A DNA stretch of 63,636 nucleotides, counting the filler, from Reticulomyxa filosa (taxonomy: Eukaryota > Protista > Foraminifera): NCBI GenBank assembly GCA_000512085.1. It is 22 parts of 22 records of this genome, joined end to end, with 100 filler letters (N's around TTAATTAATTAA, not from the genome) between each part and the next. Parts side by side here need not be neighbours in the genome. Positions count along the whole stretch, not along the records: positions 38,027 to 41,813 come from ASPP01004372.1; positions 41,914 to 43,103 come from ASPP01032954.1; positions 43,204 to 44,837 come from ASPP01000135.1; positions 44,938 to 50,931 come from ASPP01027984.1; positions 51,032 to 52,031 come from ASPP01012877.1; positions 52,132 to 53,452 come from ASPP01027998.1; 16 more parts are not named here. One strand, written 5' to 3'. The position numbers were made by a program, and so were the translations under genes. Shown one piece after another: positions 39,186 to 52,499 of this stretch; position 1 is the first letter of the stretch; every line of letters begins with the position of its first letter. The notes beneath the pieces were generated by a model, which was not told where the DNA came from, searched no databases, and saw only the letters and a program-made list of their open reading frames with translations.

Positions 39186-40449
39186 TTATTTTTCAATGTA
39201 TTTTATAATAATTTTGTCAAAATCGTCGATCCATCCAAATTTTATTTCTGAAATTCGAATCCAATATTGAATAACAAACTTAAACTCTTTTTGTGACTGT
39301 TCATTATTTATTTATTTGTTAATACGTTTCACTCAATAAAATTTATGTTTCGTCAAAATAAATAAATGAACAAATCGTTACCAGTTGTGAAGGATCCCAT
39401 ACACGCACTTTTGTCTTCATGTGAGTTGATACTTCTTTATTTTTATCATTTTGTCCTCCAATGATGTATACATGATTGTCTTCTTCGCTCAATGTTGCAA
39501 CACAATCATGTAATGTACTGGGTAAAGTGTTTTGAAATGTCATCCATTTGTTTTCTCGAATGGAATACTCGTGTACTAATTTTGAAATAGCACGTGAATT
39601 ACCTCCACCAAAGAACAAGATGACATCATTAATACACACATATGCATATCTATTGAATGATGCAATATCGTCACAAACAGGTAGTTGATGACATTGAAAA
39701 ATGTTTTTATCTTCATCATATTCGATTGATAGTCCTGTATTTTTACAAAATAATAGCATTTGATTATTTTGTTTATTTGTTTTCATCATTTCTTGTCTTT
39801 GTCCATTTTCTGACTTTAATACAAAGCAATGATAGCGAATATCACTGTCAGTTGATAAAGTATGATGTTGAATAAATTGAAATGTATTTAAATCAAACAC
39901 ACTAATATTATTTGAAGGATAAGTGATAAATAGCAAATGATTGTTGCTTCCGCCAATCACCGCACGGACCCCAAGATAAGAATCATCTTTTCTTCCAATG
40001 ATAATTGGATAATTGCGATTGTCTGTGAAAGGAACCCATTGATTGTAAGTCTTTAATTTGTTTGATATATTACTCCAAACACTTACATATTTCATCATCA
40101 ATGTATGCCTTTTTCTAAATCTAGATCCACCAATAGACAACAAAGTGATTTGATTGCTATCTTTGTTGTTGTTATCTTCCAGTTTCACTACACAGTGTCC
40201 TTTTAATTCAACATCACTTGGATACTCACATATAAACTTGTATTCATTTTTTAGCGTATGATAAGAATAACAAGCTCTTTGTTCATTACCTCCACAAATA
40301 AGGATTTCGTGTTTGTGTGGCACACATTGAGATTGACAAAATGGAATTGGCAACTCCTTCAATTTTTGAAAGGAAGTTGAAGTAATAAGATGTTGAATTT
40401 GTTCAGTTTGTTTTTCAGGAGGTTTTTGTGTTGTTTTTCGATTACCCAT
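39186..40449 (-). CDS. Kelch-like protein ending in the IQYWIR module
   Basis: Paralog of 3754; intron 39297-39381, then SQKEFKFVIQYWIRISEIKFGWIDDFDKIIIKYIEK*. Confidence 0.88.
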
Positions 40450-40654
40450 GTTATTAATGTTACTGAAGTTTTTTTCAGTTTAAAAAGGGGATATAATGTG
40501 ACCCTTTGACAAAACGGAATTATTCCCCTTAGTTATTTAAAAAAAAAATTGTCTATCAGTAAACAAGTATCAGCAACACAGTAATTAGTGATATGTTTCA
40601 TTTTGACCTATCCTTCAGAAAGAGTGCTTTTAATATTTAATTGTGATTTCAGAT

Positions 40655-40975
40655 AAATCTGTCAGAAGAAGAAGATATCAAAGTAATTATTAAATATTGA
40701 ATTAGAACATTAAACATCCGATTAGAGCGGATTCAGTGTTTTGACAAACTTGTTGCCGAATATGTTAAGTTTATTTGTTTTTAACAAATATTTATTTGTT
40801 GTGTTCGTAATTTAATATAGGCTAACTTTTTTATGTTTGAGATGTTTCGTTCATCATCCAAATTCCTTAAAATATTCACTGGATATAAAGCCTTTGTGCA
40901 AAGTATTGATTACTCAAAACTTAATAATCGTCAATTACTTTGTTCTGCATCAAAAGATCAGACAATTCGTCTAAT
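40655..40975 (+). pseudogene. WD40 family 5' pseudogene beginning with the IQYWIR module
   Basis: EEEDIKVIIKY*IRTLNIRLERIQCFDKLVAEY, intron, then ...KIFTGY...SIDYS...LCSASKDQTIRL; truncated. Confidence 0.75.
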
Positions 40976-41171
40976 TGATATTGGAGCCTTTACAGTCAAC
41001 AATAATCCAATTCTTTGGCAATTGTTAATGAAATAATTAAATTGTTTTCATTATGAACGAGAATTGTACGTTTCAATAAGTTAAAAAAAACTCGAACTTT
41101 TTATGTGTCAATAAGTTCAAGGTCCTCGCTCCATTTCGAAAATTTTTTAATCCTAGTACGTCCTATCTCAA

Positions 41172-41813
41172 ATGGAACAACCTCAACAATCATACAGCAC
41201 AATTGGAGAAGAAATTAGGTCAAAAACATGGAAATTGTGTAATGGAGATTTGGAGAAAATAACAGTTATCCTGAGGTTCATCGTAGAGAATACGTTAAGT
41301 CATACAATAACAACAAACTTGTTTAAATATCCTTTTCATAATAATACACATTAATTATAGCACAACTTCCCAACAACGACTGTGTTTAGTGAATTTATTA
41401 GAAAAATTTGATAATAAGATTGACAAAACAGCTATTTTGAAGACATGGAGAAATTGCAATAGAATTTATGTTGATACACAAGAGAAATTAAGAGAAATTT
41501 GTGCAACTTCCAGCCTGCATGAGTTAAACTTGAATAAAATATAAAATATGCATGTAAAATAAACAAAAAAATGATCTACAAAATATAGATTGAAAGAAGA
41601 AAATGAATTAAAAATAAAAAGAGAAATGTGTTTGCATATTTTGTGGAATATTTTGAAATATCCTAAACATATCAAATATCGTCAAATTAGCAAACAAGCT
41701 TTATATAACTATTTATTTCAGAAATGTCATACATTATGTGCAGATTTCGAGAAAGTGTTAACAGATATGGAAAAAGAGTTACAATATATTGGATTCAAAA
41801 AAGAAAATGATAA
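41172..41813 (+). pseudogene. UBA-like + PUB-like domain gene fragment
   Basis: WKLCNGDLEK (UBA-like) and LHILWNILKYPKHIKYRQI...LQYIGF (PUB-like); the intervening exon has stops. Confidence 0.55.
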
Positions 41814-41913
41814 NNNNNNNNNNNNNNNNNNNNNNNNNNNNNNNNNNNNNNNNNNNNTTAATTAATTAANNNNNNNNNNNNNNNNNNNNNNNNNNNNNNN
41901 NNNNNNNNNNNNN

Positions 41914-42830
41914 CATTGCAGCATTCCAATTTGAAGGAATACAAGATTTGGAATGAACCAAGGCCGAAGACTCAATTGAATTACATCCCATGGATTGGTA
42001 AATTGTCGACATTATCTCGTGGATATATCCATGCAGCTGAGGCTGGAGTGCCAATAGTTGAACCAGATTCACATGCAATCCCAAATGTTCCGCCAATGCA
42101 AATTGCAATGATGCCACGATCAAACAAATCACCTTTTGCAATCTTCAATGAACCTACATCAGACCAGATTTTGGTATCGTTAAGTATGCCAAAATGGTTG
42201 GAATTGGAATATCCAATCGATGGCAACAAACATTGGATCAGATATCGAAGCAATGAGACTTGCATTGGAATATGTTGGTAATCATTACAGATCCCATTGT
42301 GCAAGGGTGATTATTCTTATTCAATAAATATCTACAAATTACAATTATGGATTGTCAGAAGATATTGAAATCATTTAATGAGAATAACGTACCATAGATC
42401 TATTAAATTAAAGGGTATTCCTGGAAATGATAAAGTCAAATAATGCTCGCAGGAAAGCGTTGCAATTCCAATTAGATTTGAATCAACACACACCGATCAG
42501 CTGCACTGAATCCCTATTTCAGAGCAATGGAATAGACATTTGATATTTGAAAGAGTGGATAATCCAAGACATGTGATGCCCCAATATCCCCTATCTAACC
42601 TGATGGAAGCTCAATCATTTGAGAAAATTATTATACATTCATTTATCGGCTGATCACTGAACTAAATAATTATTTGTATAACATCCAAAGATCATAGCTC
42701 CTGATTGTATTTAGTGTGAAGAAAAAGATACTGTCGAGCATTTCTTGATGGAATATTTTAAATATCAAGACTTACGTCGCAATTAGTGGACAAATGCCCA
42801 GACATTGATCCCGGATATCAATGTATTGTC
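41914..42830 (+). mobile_element. LINE ORF2 3' fragment: RNase H + CCHC finger, decayed
   Basis: GSDIEAMRLALEYV, GIPGNDK, LNNYLYNI..PDCI*CEEKDTVEHFLME. Confidence 0.75.
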
Positions 42831-42974
42831 CCTCTTTCTTTTGTTTTGTTTTTCTTTTGAGTACTGTGTTCTATTTCTTAGAACGAGGTGCTCTTTTAAC
42901 TAGAAAGCATGAGTTTGAGAGGGCAAAAAGAAGTGCAAGTTGATGATGAAGCAACTCTTGACACCCCCCACTGC

Positions 42975-43103
42975 AATCCATAGTATAATCTAACCATGCA
43001 GGATGATGTCCTCCAATGACAATATATTCAGTCATTTTCATAGTAGATTGTAATTCTTGCTCAAGTGCCTGAATATTGAATGTCTTGCAATGCAAATTTC
43101 GAT
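42975..43103 (-). mobile_element. LINE APE endonuclease fragment
   Basis: YIVIGG-HHPAW matches IIGGDxNAHHPxW with an internal deletion. Confidence 0.55.
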
Positions 43104-43269
43104 NNNNNNNNNNNNNNNNNNNNNNNNNNNNNNNNNNNNNNNNNNNNTTAATTAATTAANNNNNNNNNNNNNNNNNNNNNNNNNNNNNNNNNNNNNNNNN
43201 NNNCCACTAACAAACTTAAATTAAACTATTGCACCAAAAATAAAACACAAACAAAAATTTGTTGAAGTC

Positions 43270-43462
43270 TGAGCCTTTGGGCCTTTTCGTTGCTTTCCGG
43301 GCCTTGCTCGTAGCCTACGGCTACTCGCGTACTTTTGGCGGGTGCGTGTTTGTGAAATGAGATGCCTAGCCTCGATGAGGGGAAGTATTTTGGCATTTCT
43401 GTCACTCTCTTTCGCACATGCATTTACCCCTGTTGATTTTTAGTTAGTCGATGATTCAGGGG
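43270..43462. other. GC-rich multi-hairpin element at a contig start
   Basis: GTAGCC-TAC-GGCTAC hairpin, long stem 43340-43429, CCCCTG...CAGGGG stem. Confidence 0.45.
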
Positions 43463-43499
43463 ATTTAATTTTATTTTATTTTATTTTTTTTTAAAAAGG

Positions 43500-44277
43500 A
43501 ATACTAATGATTCAATCATTGTATTGCCACTATTCTTTGAGACAAACGTCTCATAGCTTCAATCACTTTTTCTTTTGTGATATTACTCTGATGGATATCA
43601 CTCACACCAATAGAACCACACTAAATTCCAATGGTTTAGATATCGCCGCTTTAAATATTATATCATCTTCAATCATCTTTTGGAGGTTGAGGTGAAATTC
43701 ATGAAATTCAAGGCATTAAACACCAACAAGATATGTATTATTCCAGCATTAGTGAATAAAGAAACAAATTAGGATACCTGTTCCTCCTGTTTTACTCCGA
43801 ACCTTTGGCTTATTTTTATTCATATGTTGTGACATTCCATTAATACATTTGGAACTTTGGATTTGAATTAATTATCACAAGATCTTTCTTTTCTCTTCGA
43901 GACGGTTCACACCAATTGCCGTTACAAACAATCGAGTTACTGTGATTTGTTTGATTTTGTCCTTTGCATAACACTCTTTTTGTAATGACATTGTTCCAAT
44001 GCATGATTTCTTCGTCCACAATTGATTTGGAACAATCTTTTGATGAAATGTGATTTTGGACGTTTTCGATATGTCAAATACTTCATATTTTCAATAAAAT
44101 ACGATTTGTTTCTGTGTTTTGGATTTCTTGTTTCCGTCTTTCCAATTGTTCAGAGACAAATCTTGTCGAGATATTGAACAAAGTGTAATGCTTAATTCTT
44201 GTTTTCAATATTTGTTGATTTGATTGTTGCTTTGTATTGAATTGATCTGCAATCAATTTTGATTCATCCATTTTCAC
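43500..44277 (-). mobile_element. Possible LINE EN-RT linker fragment (antisense)
   Basis: NITKEKVIEAMRRLS resembles the pre-RT ITxxEVxxAIxxL motif; heavily decayed. Confidence 0.35.
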
Positions 44278-44289
44278 TTATTATGGATT

Positions 44290-44790
44290 ACAGTTGATGT
44301 AAATGAGATGAGCGATCAACTAGGGTTATTACACAAAGTATCCATTTGGTCCAATCAATGGAAGATGTTGCCACAGCTGATAAGACGTAATGCATCACAT
44401 TCAGACATCAGAACAAGAGATGAAATTGACATTACAGCAATCAAATATGAAGGAATACGATCACGTGAAGTATCTTGGATTATTCCTTGATTCCTATTCC
44501 AGGAAACGTGGTTATTTGACATATTTATGTTCATACAAAGGAATCAGATATATAATCTATTATACAAGACCAGCATCCGGAATGGTGCAGCAGACACTAA
44601 CAAGAGGCGATTGTAAATGATACAAAGGATTGCAATGTGTCGAATTCTTGGTTTAATGAACCAGACTGCTTATGACACAGTCAATGTTATTTCACAACTT
44701 CCTCCTCTTGAATGGCGACGAAGACAAGAAGAGGCGAAGTTGTATCACAAATGTATCAGGTGGTCAGATCATTACATATTCCATTGTGGA
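44290..44790 (+). mobile_element. LINE reverse-transcriptase C-terminal/thumb fragment
   Basis: SIWSNQWKM, VKYLGLFLDS, IQRIAMCRILGLMNQTAYDTVNVISQLPPLEWRR. Confidence 0.78.
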
Positions 44791-47700
44791 AGAATGATTA
44801 TCCTGACTGATTGCAAGTTCGTGATTAATGCAATATTNNNNNNNNNNNNNNNNNNNNNNNNNNNNNNNNNNNNNNNNNNNNTTAATTAATTAANNNNNNN
44901 NNNNNNNNNNNNNNNNNNNNNNNNNNNNNNNNNNNNNATGAAGACAATACAATAAACAATAGTAATGACACAAGTGTATTGAGTCGAAGCACAAAGCGTC
45001 TTACAGTAAGTGATTTGAGTTTACCTTCGTCCGAAAGGTTTCAATTGTTGAGCGGCAATCACACTCTAAATGGACTCTCTTTTTTCAATCCAAACATCGC
45101 CACTGCAAATGCCATTGACTTGAGCTGTCCTACTAATCTCGCCATAATGCATACCAATTTAAACGCTGGTGATTGATAATAACCCATTGCATCCATCACT
45201 TAATCCATCATTAAAACAAGAGTCCCTATCAGAACAAAGTGTCTGAGACAAAAACACGGAAACTGGAAAGAAAATGCTGAAAACGAGTCCAATGCAAGAG
45301 CATTCAGAGATAAATGAAGAATACGTACCTCTTTGACTCAAGGCAATAAGAAAGTGGGCATTATGACAGTGCCATGTACATTCGGAAGTACAGCGACATC
45401 GAACAAATATAAACAATACTTTGGGAAGAGTAGAGATGTTAAAATTATAGATTTTTGGAAATTTTAATAGTGAATTATGCTTCAACTGACAAGAGAACGT
45501 TTTTTATATTAATTCACAATTTAACAAGCAAAATAGTCAGATCACACCTCTATTTACACTAATGAAATATGTACATGAAACCAAACACATCAACAGAATG
45601 AATAAAATGACATTTTGTATCTGAAGAATTTATGCATTTTCTCGTATTTTGCACATTTAAAAGTGACAAGTTTTTCATATCAATCAATTGACCGTTGAAA
45701 TTGGTCAAATATGCAAATATCACAAACAAGTGTATTTATTTTGAACGAAAAAACTAGTGAGTTTATCAAAACTTAATTATTTTCTTTTTTTGCTATCCTC
45801 TTTCTTGAAAAACACAGTTGATTGCACATGATCATACAACTTTTGCAAATTATTTGCAATACAAAAACAATTCCAAAATTGGGTACACTACAATCAAGAC
45901 TCAAACGTTAAACGAGAGTATTAATATTAAAACTTTTGAGTTTTTCAAACTTAATTTTTTCAATTCTTTTTTTTGCAATCTTTTTTCTTTAAAAACACAC
46001 ATATCTCAAGATCATAAAACTTTCCTTTTGTAAACAACAAGACAAGGAACAAAACAAACACACTTGCTCAAGTTTTTTTATTATTGTAGTGTGAACATTT
46101 TGATTATTGTCTTGTTGAACTTATTTTGGAAAAAGTATTTGCTACGCCTACTTTTTTTTATCAATTAAGATTTTAATGTTTTTAAAAAAATTAAAGTGTT
46201 CGTATTCTTGGATTGATATTTGAATCTTGATTGTAGTTCTCAGCCTTCATAATTTATTGAGATAAAACAATCTAAAGCTTTCCTCTTATATGCTTTAACA
46301 TTCGTATGGTTAACATGTCTTAACGCAAATCATATCCAAATTTGAACATAACCGCGATATCTTGTGCAAATACAATCCACAGGGACACTCTTTTGAATCA
46401 AATGTAACTTATTTGTCGATTTGATTTTTTTTTAGCACTCCAATGAGAACTAAACCGATATTTGTGTAAGAAAAAAAAAGACAATAATTGCAACATTGCA
46501 CAAAACAAAGAGAAAAAGCAAAACAAAACTATTTGATTCAGCCCGTTGTTGAATAGCAAGACCACATCATAAGTGAAATACCACACAGCAAATCTCCAAA
46601 TCAAAAAGCGATTCCAAGTACAGTGGAAGCAGTGGTATGAATATAGGCTCTCCCAAGATTATTTCCCTTCGAAACAGGTAGATTTGTATTGGAGCGTACG
46701 TTCGTCCTTGTAATTGTCCAGCTTTTTGCAGTTTCGCCACGTGTTTCGTATTTAATACTCTTTCTTGCTGGACCCAGCCCTTTACTTCTTGGACGGGATC
46801 TATCAAAGGTTGAGTTGCGCTTTGTACTGCCCAACTTGTTGATATTCTTTTCCACTTTTGCACTTTGCGCTGAAACTCTTTCTCAATCCAGTCTCCACTG
46901 TCGATGTGACGTTGTGATTGCTTTAGTATATGCTTCTGTCGCTTCTGTACTTGTCTTTTCTTTCGCTATTCTTAGTCTTTGTAACAGATAAAAGAAAATA
47001 TTTTTTTTTTACTAGTTTGAAAAAAATTATCTGAAATGATGTTTTGCTAACAAATCGGAAACATAAATCATATTTGATATATACGTAATACATAACATAC
47101 ACAAACTCGTGCTTGCTCTTTCATATTGGCTAAGATAAGCTTGGGCCGATGTCAGCCTTGGTGTTTCCGCCAGAAATCAGGTTTAGCAAATTCTTCTTTG
47201 GAGAAGATATATTCTGGAACGAATAACATGACCATTTGTTCCTGTTGGAAATTATACATTTGTGTCATAAGTTGATAATCTTCTCTTTACAAAGTATTTA
47301 AAGTAAAATAATGTTACCAAATACCTGATTATATAACGAATTAACCCGTGCGGCATTGAATGGCAGTCTTCGTATACTAAATCCATAACATCCTGCTGGA
47401 CTTGGAATTTATTGAAGACATGAAGCAGCAATTGAGGCTGGCTTTGGTGTATTTTTCTTTCGAGTTTGCTTCATGGTCATTGTTCTCCATTTGCTTAATT
47501 ATATTCCAATGAGCAAATAGTATGATGAAGATACTTTATAAATTATCGTTCATTGACTATGATTAACGATATGATTTTTCAAAGAACAAGTCATTTGATT
47601 ATCTTTTGAAAAAGTCAGGACTGCACGATATCAATATCCACTTCAGTTCTACACGCAAGTAGCAGTGAACTCTTTGTTGTTTGCTACAAAACACAAACAT

Positions 47701-49024
47701 TACAAAATTAAAAAATAAAAAACTTGAACCGCATCCCCCCCATCCGACGTTTTTTTTAAAAAAAACTGGTTAATTTTTTAAAAATTGGTTCAAAAAAAAA
47801 CAAAAATGACCCACAAATCACAAAAAATGACCCAAATCAAAAAAATTCAATAACACTTCGTGACAGTCAATATCATTCGTTTTTCATTTTTAAGGGAAAA
47901 AATAAAGATGTGGAATTTGACCAGATATGATCAGCATGATAATGTTAACTTTTTTTTACATTTTATACTTTTTTTTTTCAATTATAAATTTTGACAAAAA
48001 ATGATAAAAATAAAAATCACTAACACTAAGTACACATTAAAAAAACAGCACGAAGCACATATTTGCAGAAATTGCAAAAAACTGCATAAAAGAAACATTA
48101 CAAAAAATAAACAAAATCACAGCCAATTTTTTTTTTACGTACATAATTGTTTTTAAATAATTATTGTATGTACGTATTTTTTGTTTTTGTATAAATAGAA
48201 AAATTATTGTTGGTATGATACGTGTTAGGACAATGGGATCAATTACTTATTCGAAAAGCTTATTACAATTCCACGTTCTAATACTAAGTGGTCTCGTATA
48301 GTCCTAATATGAACAGTCTTGGTTCTTTGCTTTGTCCTGTCATACCATGCAATTAAAAAAAAACATATATATATATTTTATCTTAGTTAGATATTAATAA
48401 AAAGACAGTTGTTTATATAATAAAAATATTTACCACTTTATTTCTAGTTTCCACGTTTGTTGCTTTTATCAAGGAAATTTGATAACCTATTAATAACGTT
48501 CGCTTTACAGTGTTTGGTTAATTTTTCTTTAAGAAACTCGAAACATTTTTGATTGACGATATACCACACATTAGTTTCATCACGTTATCCAATATTCTTT
48601 TGTTTGGATTTTTTTTGAGTATTCTATCACTAAATCCAATGCAGAACAATCCAGCGAAAAACTATTGTAATTTGATAAACATTTGTTATGATGATTCGAT
48701 GGACCACACACAAATTATTTTTTCCAAATCGAATATTCATATAATAATCAGTACATACAAACAAAAAAGTTTTAAGTTCAAAAAAAAGTGTTGTCAGCAA
48801 AAAAAAAAAAAAGCAGTTAATACCAACAGAAAAATTGCAATCGTGATCACTTGTCAAATACTACTTAATCATGACATTACATTCAATAATTTTGCTTTGT
48901 CATGTGCGATTTGCACCGTATAGCAAGTAGGATAATGATTATTAATCGCATCGATTGTTCTTTTTCTCTTGGACTGCAGTAAATATTGAACAATAGTGGA
49001 TTGATAAAATAAAATATTCCAAAT

Positions 49025-49606
49025 TTATGGCAACTGATGACTGTGTTGGCATTTCAATTGATAAGTAAAGAGGCCATTGCAGCTGCATTGATAAGTACGA
49101 TGACAATGATTGTTGTAATAGACATTAAGGCGTAGTGGATGTATAATGATAGATGGTATAGCAGTTAAAGCCATTTTCGTAGCAATATTTGGCAAATAGT
49201 GACTGTTTTGTAATACAGTTATATTCAACAGCTGCTCCAATAATTGCACTGGCTTTTTGTTTATCGTTGCACTCGGATTATTGCTCTTGCAATTTTTGCT
49301 ATCTGCGTTGAAAATAGAAATATTGTTGGTATTGGTATATGCATCCAGTCTTGTATTTATGGAGGTCTTTGATTGTCTCAGCTGTTCGCTAATGTTGTGT
49401 TTGTCACTCTGGCTGCTGCAATAGTGACAGCAATATGATGTGTGACTGTCTAGTTTCTTGGTTTTCGCTTGGCCTTTGCCGTGTCGAACGAAACAATACT
49501 TTTCCAAGGCTAAATGCCTGTTTCTCAATAACGAGTAACGTGTTGTTAAGGACAAGGTATCCATTTGTAATAAGTCCAAACTCTTTTTCAATACATACGC
49601 CTCCAT
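49025..49606 (-). pseudogene. Possible Mutator/FAR1-like remnant with SWIM motif
   Basis: YQCSCNGLFTYQLKCQH fits CxC-xn-CxH; CFVRHGK...SYCC upstream; no DDE core seen. Confidence 0.25.
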
Positions 49607-49961
49607 TTTCCCATTTGCAATATTTTGACTACTTTTTGCTGCTTTGCAAGGTGAAACTAAATTTTGAGCATCACATCATTCAATATTGTTGAAAATTTAT
49701 GAAAATTGATTGAATGAATATTTTTTTGTACTGATTGACATTTCTAAAGAATTATTGGTAAAAAATATACACAGTATAATTAATTTTTAAATAAAAAATC
49801 GTGTCAAAAAAAAAAGGAAAACAAAAATATGCTCAATTTATCATACAGCCAGTTGTCGAACGGACAGATTGGAGCTGGCATTGTCTTGAGTCTTTGTGTA
49901 GATGGCCAAGGTCTGCATAAGCGTTTCCAAGTCAAGTGCAGGATCGGACAGGTTTTCCAGT

Positions 49962-50803
49962 CTATTGACTGTGATTTAACCGCCGTCGTTTTGATTGCTT
50001 TTTTTTTGTTTCATTCACACAACTCAAAAGTGATTGTAAAGAAAGATGAGTGATGTCGATGCCAATGTAAGAACAAACATATATACACATACTACCTGTC
50101 CATTGATAATTTGAATGGCAGCAATGTCGTCACGAAGTTCAGCTTTGACTACTCTGTCGTGGTCATGCAAAGGCTCCAAGATATCTGCCTTCCGTTTCCT
50201 CGTATTGCCATTGTTGCCATTGCTGTCATTATTACTGTTAACCCCGACGGCCGACGTGAGTGTAGCATTAGCATTGGTATTGACACCCGATGAGGATGAA
50301 GGCGGTAGAGAAGAGTATAGAGACTGCTTCAATGTTTCTAATTTGACTTTGATTTCGTCATAAGCGGATTTGTAGTAGATGGTTCGTTCGTTATGGTAAT
50401 TGGCCAGCTTCTGCAGACCCTCTACGCGTTTGGATTGAAGGATCTTTTCTTGGTTCATTTGCTGCAACTGGTTCCTCAGCTCTTGAATAGTGTCCTTCGA
50501 GTCCTTCACTTGTGTTTCGTACTGCTCCGGCTTTTTGCTGCAGTCCACACTCTGCAAGAGCAGCGTATCCTTCAACGTCTGCAGCTTGCACTGCAACTCC
50601 TTCTTCACGCTCTCGCGCTCTTTTTGGATTCGCTTCAGCTCCGCTCTCAATCGTGCGTTCTCTCTTTGCGAATCACACAAGCGTTGAATCATATATGCTT
50701 TATTCCCTTCTGTCTTTGCTGCTGCTGTTGCTGCTGCTGTTGCTTCTGTCGTCTCTTTGCTATCTGCTTTCACGTCTGCACTTTTCATCTTTTCTGTAAC
50801 CAT
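49962..50803 (-). CDS. Coiled-coil protein with basic NLS-like motifs
   Basis: Heptad-rich ORF, TRKRKA; intron 49998-50095, then QSKRRRLNHSQ*. Confidence 0.7.
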
Positions 50804-51096
50804 GTTGCTGTTTGTTGGTTTTTTTCTTTGGCTGTTCTGTGACTAGTCTTTGCAACGGAAAAAAAAAAAAAAATATATATATATATATCGAAAATAATGT
50901 TTTGTCAACCAATCAGAAACATCAATATATANNNNNNNNNNNNNNNNNNNNNNNNNNNNNNNNNNNNNNNNNNNNTTAATTAATTAANNNNNNNNNNNNN
51001 NNNNNNNNNNNNNNNNNNNNNNNNNNNNNNNGGGGGGGGGGGAGTTGTATGTGTGTGTGTGTGTGTGTGGGGGAACATTAAAAAATAAGTGTGTTA

Positions 51097-52031
51097 GTCC
51101 AGTACAAGCAAATGGGAATAGTGCAAGTAATATTGTCGTTGATAGCAGGACTAATGGTAGTGCTATTGCTGACGATAACGTATAAAATCTCTCATGTCGA
51201 AGACATGATTTACATTCGCGAGGAAAGCTTGCTGCATGCGTTTTGTGTGTTGAGTGCGTTTATAATCTATGCGGTGATAGCGTTTTCCACGGCCCCTCTG
51301 AACAAGGACAATCTCCGTCATGGGTTCCGTCGACGTTCATTGATACGTAGCATTTTGTTTTCATGTCTACCCTGCATCCCCTACTACGTGGTCATATTTG
51401 TTGGCACGTCGTGGGTGTTGAATCACAATCGCAAAATGTATCTCGCTGCTGTCCAGTCGTACTCCGAAATGAAAAGAGACGCAAACATAATTCACCCCAA
51501 TCAAACCTTGCCCACCGAGTCGACGACTGGACTTGGCCAGCCTTTTTCCTCCTCTCCTTTGCAGGTTGTCACCCAACATACTTCTTTGGGCAATCCCGAC
51601 CCCCATACGACCTTGTTGCTTCCGAGCAATGTCATTGTCAACGTCGATCCAAAGACAAGTGCTAATGTCAGTGTAGATAATACAAACGCCAGCCAAACGA
51701 AGCAATCAACGCAAATATCTTCGTCAAGTGAAACGCGCAACACTGCCAAAAACTTGCTTGGCAAACGCTCGCGACCAAAGGTCACTCTCAAACATCGCTT
51801 CCACTTTGCCTTCGCGCCACACATTAGCAGGCAGCATTATCCAATGCTTCATGTTATTCAGGACTACAATGGGTTCAAAATTTTTATGAACCACTTAGTA
51901 AAGTTATTCTGTTTTTTCCCCCCCCCCTTTTTTTTTAAAAAAAATTTGTTTTTGGTGTCTCTTTCGTAGTGAATATGCCGCCGAAAATTTGTCGTTTGCA
52001 ATCGAGTTTTGCATTGTTCAAAAACATGCTA
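51097..52031 (+). CDS. 7TM-RGS protein fragment (TM5-7 + start of RGS)
   Basis: Three TM helices, then MLHVIQDYNGFKIFMNHLV, intron, EYAAENLSFAIEF (RGS helix motif F..FL..E.S.ENL.F). Confidence 0.8.
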
Positions 52032-52499
52032 NNNNNNNNNNNNNNNNNNNNNNNNNNNNNNNNNNNNNNNNNNNNTTAATTAATTAANNNNNNNNNNNNN
52101 NNNNNNNNNNNNNNNNNNNNNNNNNNNNNNNTGATAAATTTTCATTTTGGCATTGCATGAACACACTTTTTATATTAAATACTTATTCAAAATTGAGTTT
52201 TAGCTTAGATATATATTATATTGAAAATTATCGAACTATGAACAAATATTTGTAAATGTCTCCACTTTTCTATGTTTAACCCTTTTTTGTCACTTGTTTT
52301 GTTTCCACAATGACATAATAACCAAAGTGTGAATTATACATAACATTAGATGAACTTTCAAATATCTTAAATCTACATCTTGTTAAAAATATTTTAATCA
52401 ATTTTTCTGTTCGAAAACATGAAAGACTGGATATAATGCTTTTGTTTAGAATAATTTCAGTCTTGACAGAGAGTATTGAATAAGAGCACTATCTGATAA

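Noticed and set aside
34440-40700. UGA=Trp recoding (TGA at Trp positions in the Tc1 and WD40 copies)
   Set aside because: These copies also carry TAA stops, frameshifts and deletions; intact genes use TGG
43285-43310. SRP RNA helix 8 (minus-strand AGGCCCGGAAAGCAAC) or hammerhead ribozyme
   Set aside because: The 3' strand of the GGAA stem is missing and there is no CUGAUGA core
46400-47500. Minus-strand gene remnant
   Set aside because: Coding-like but interrupted, with no recognisable family; not supportable
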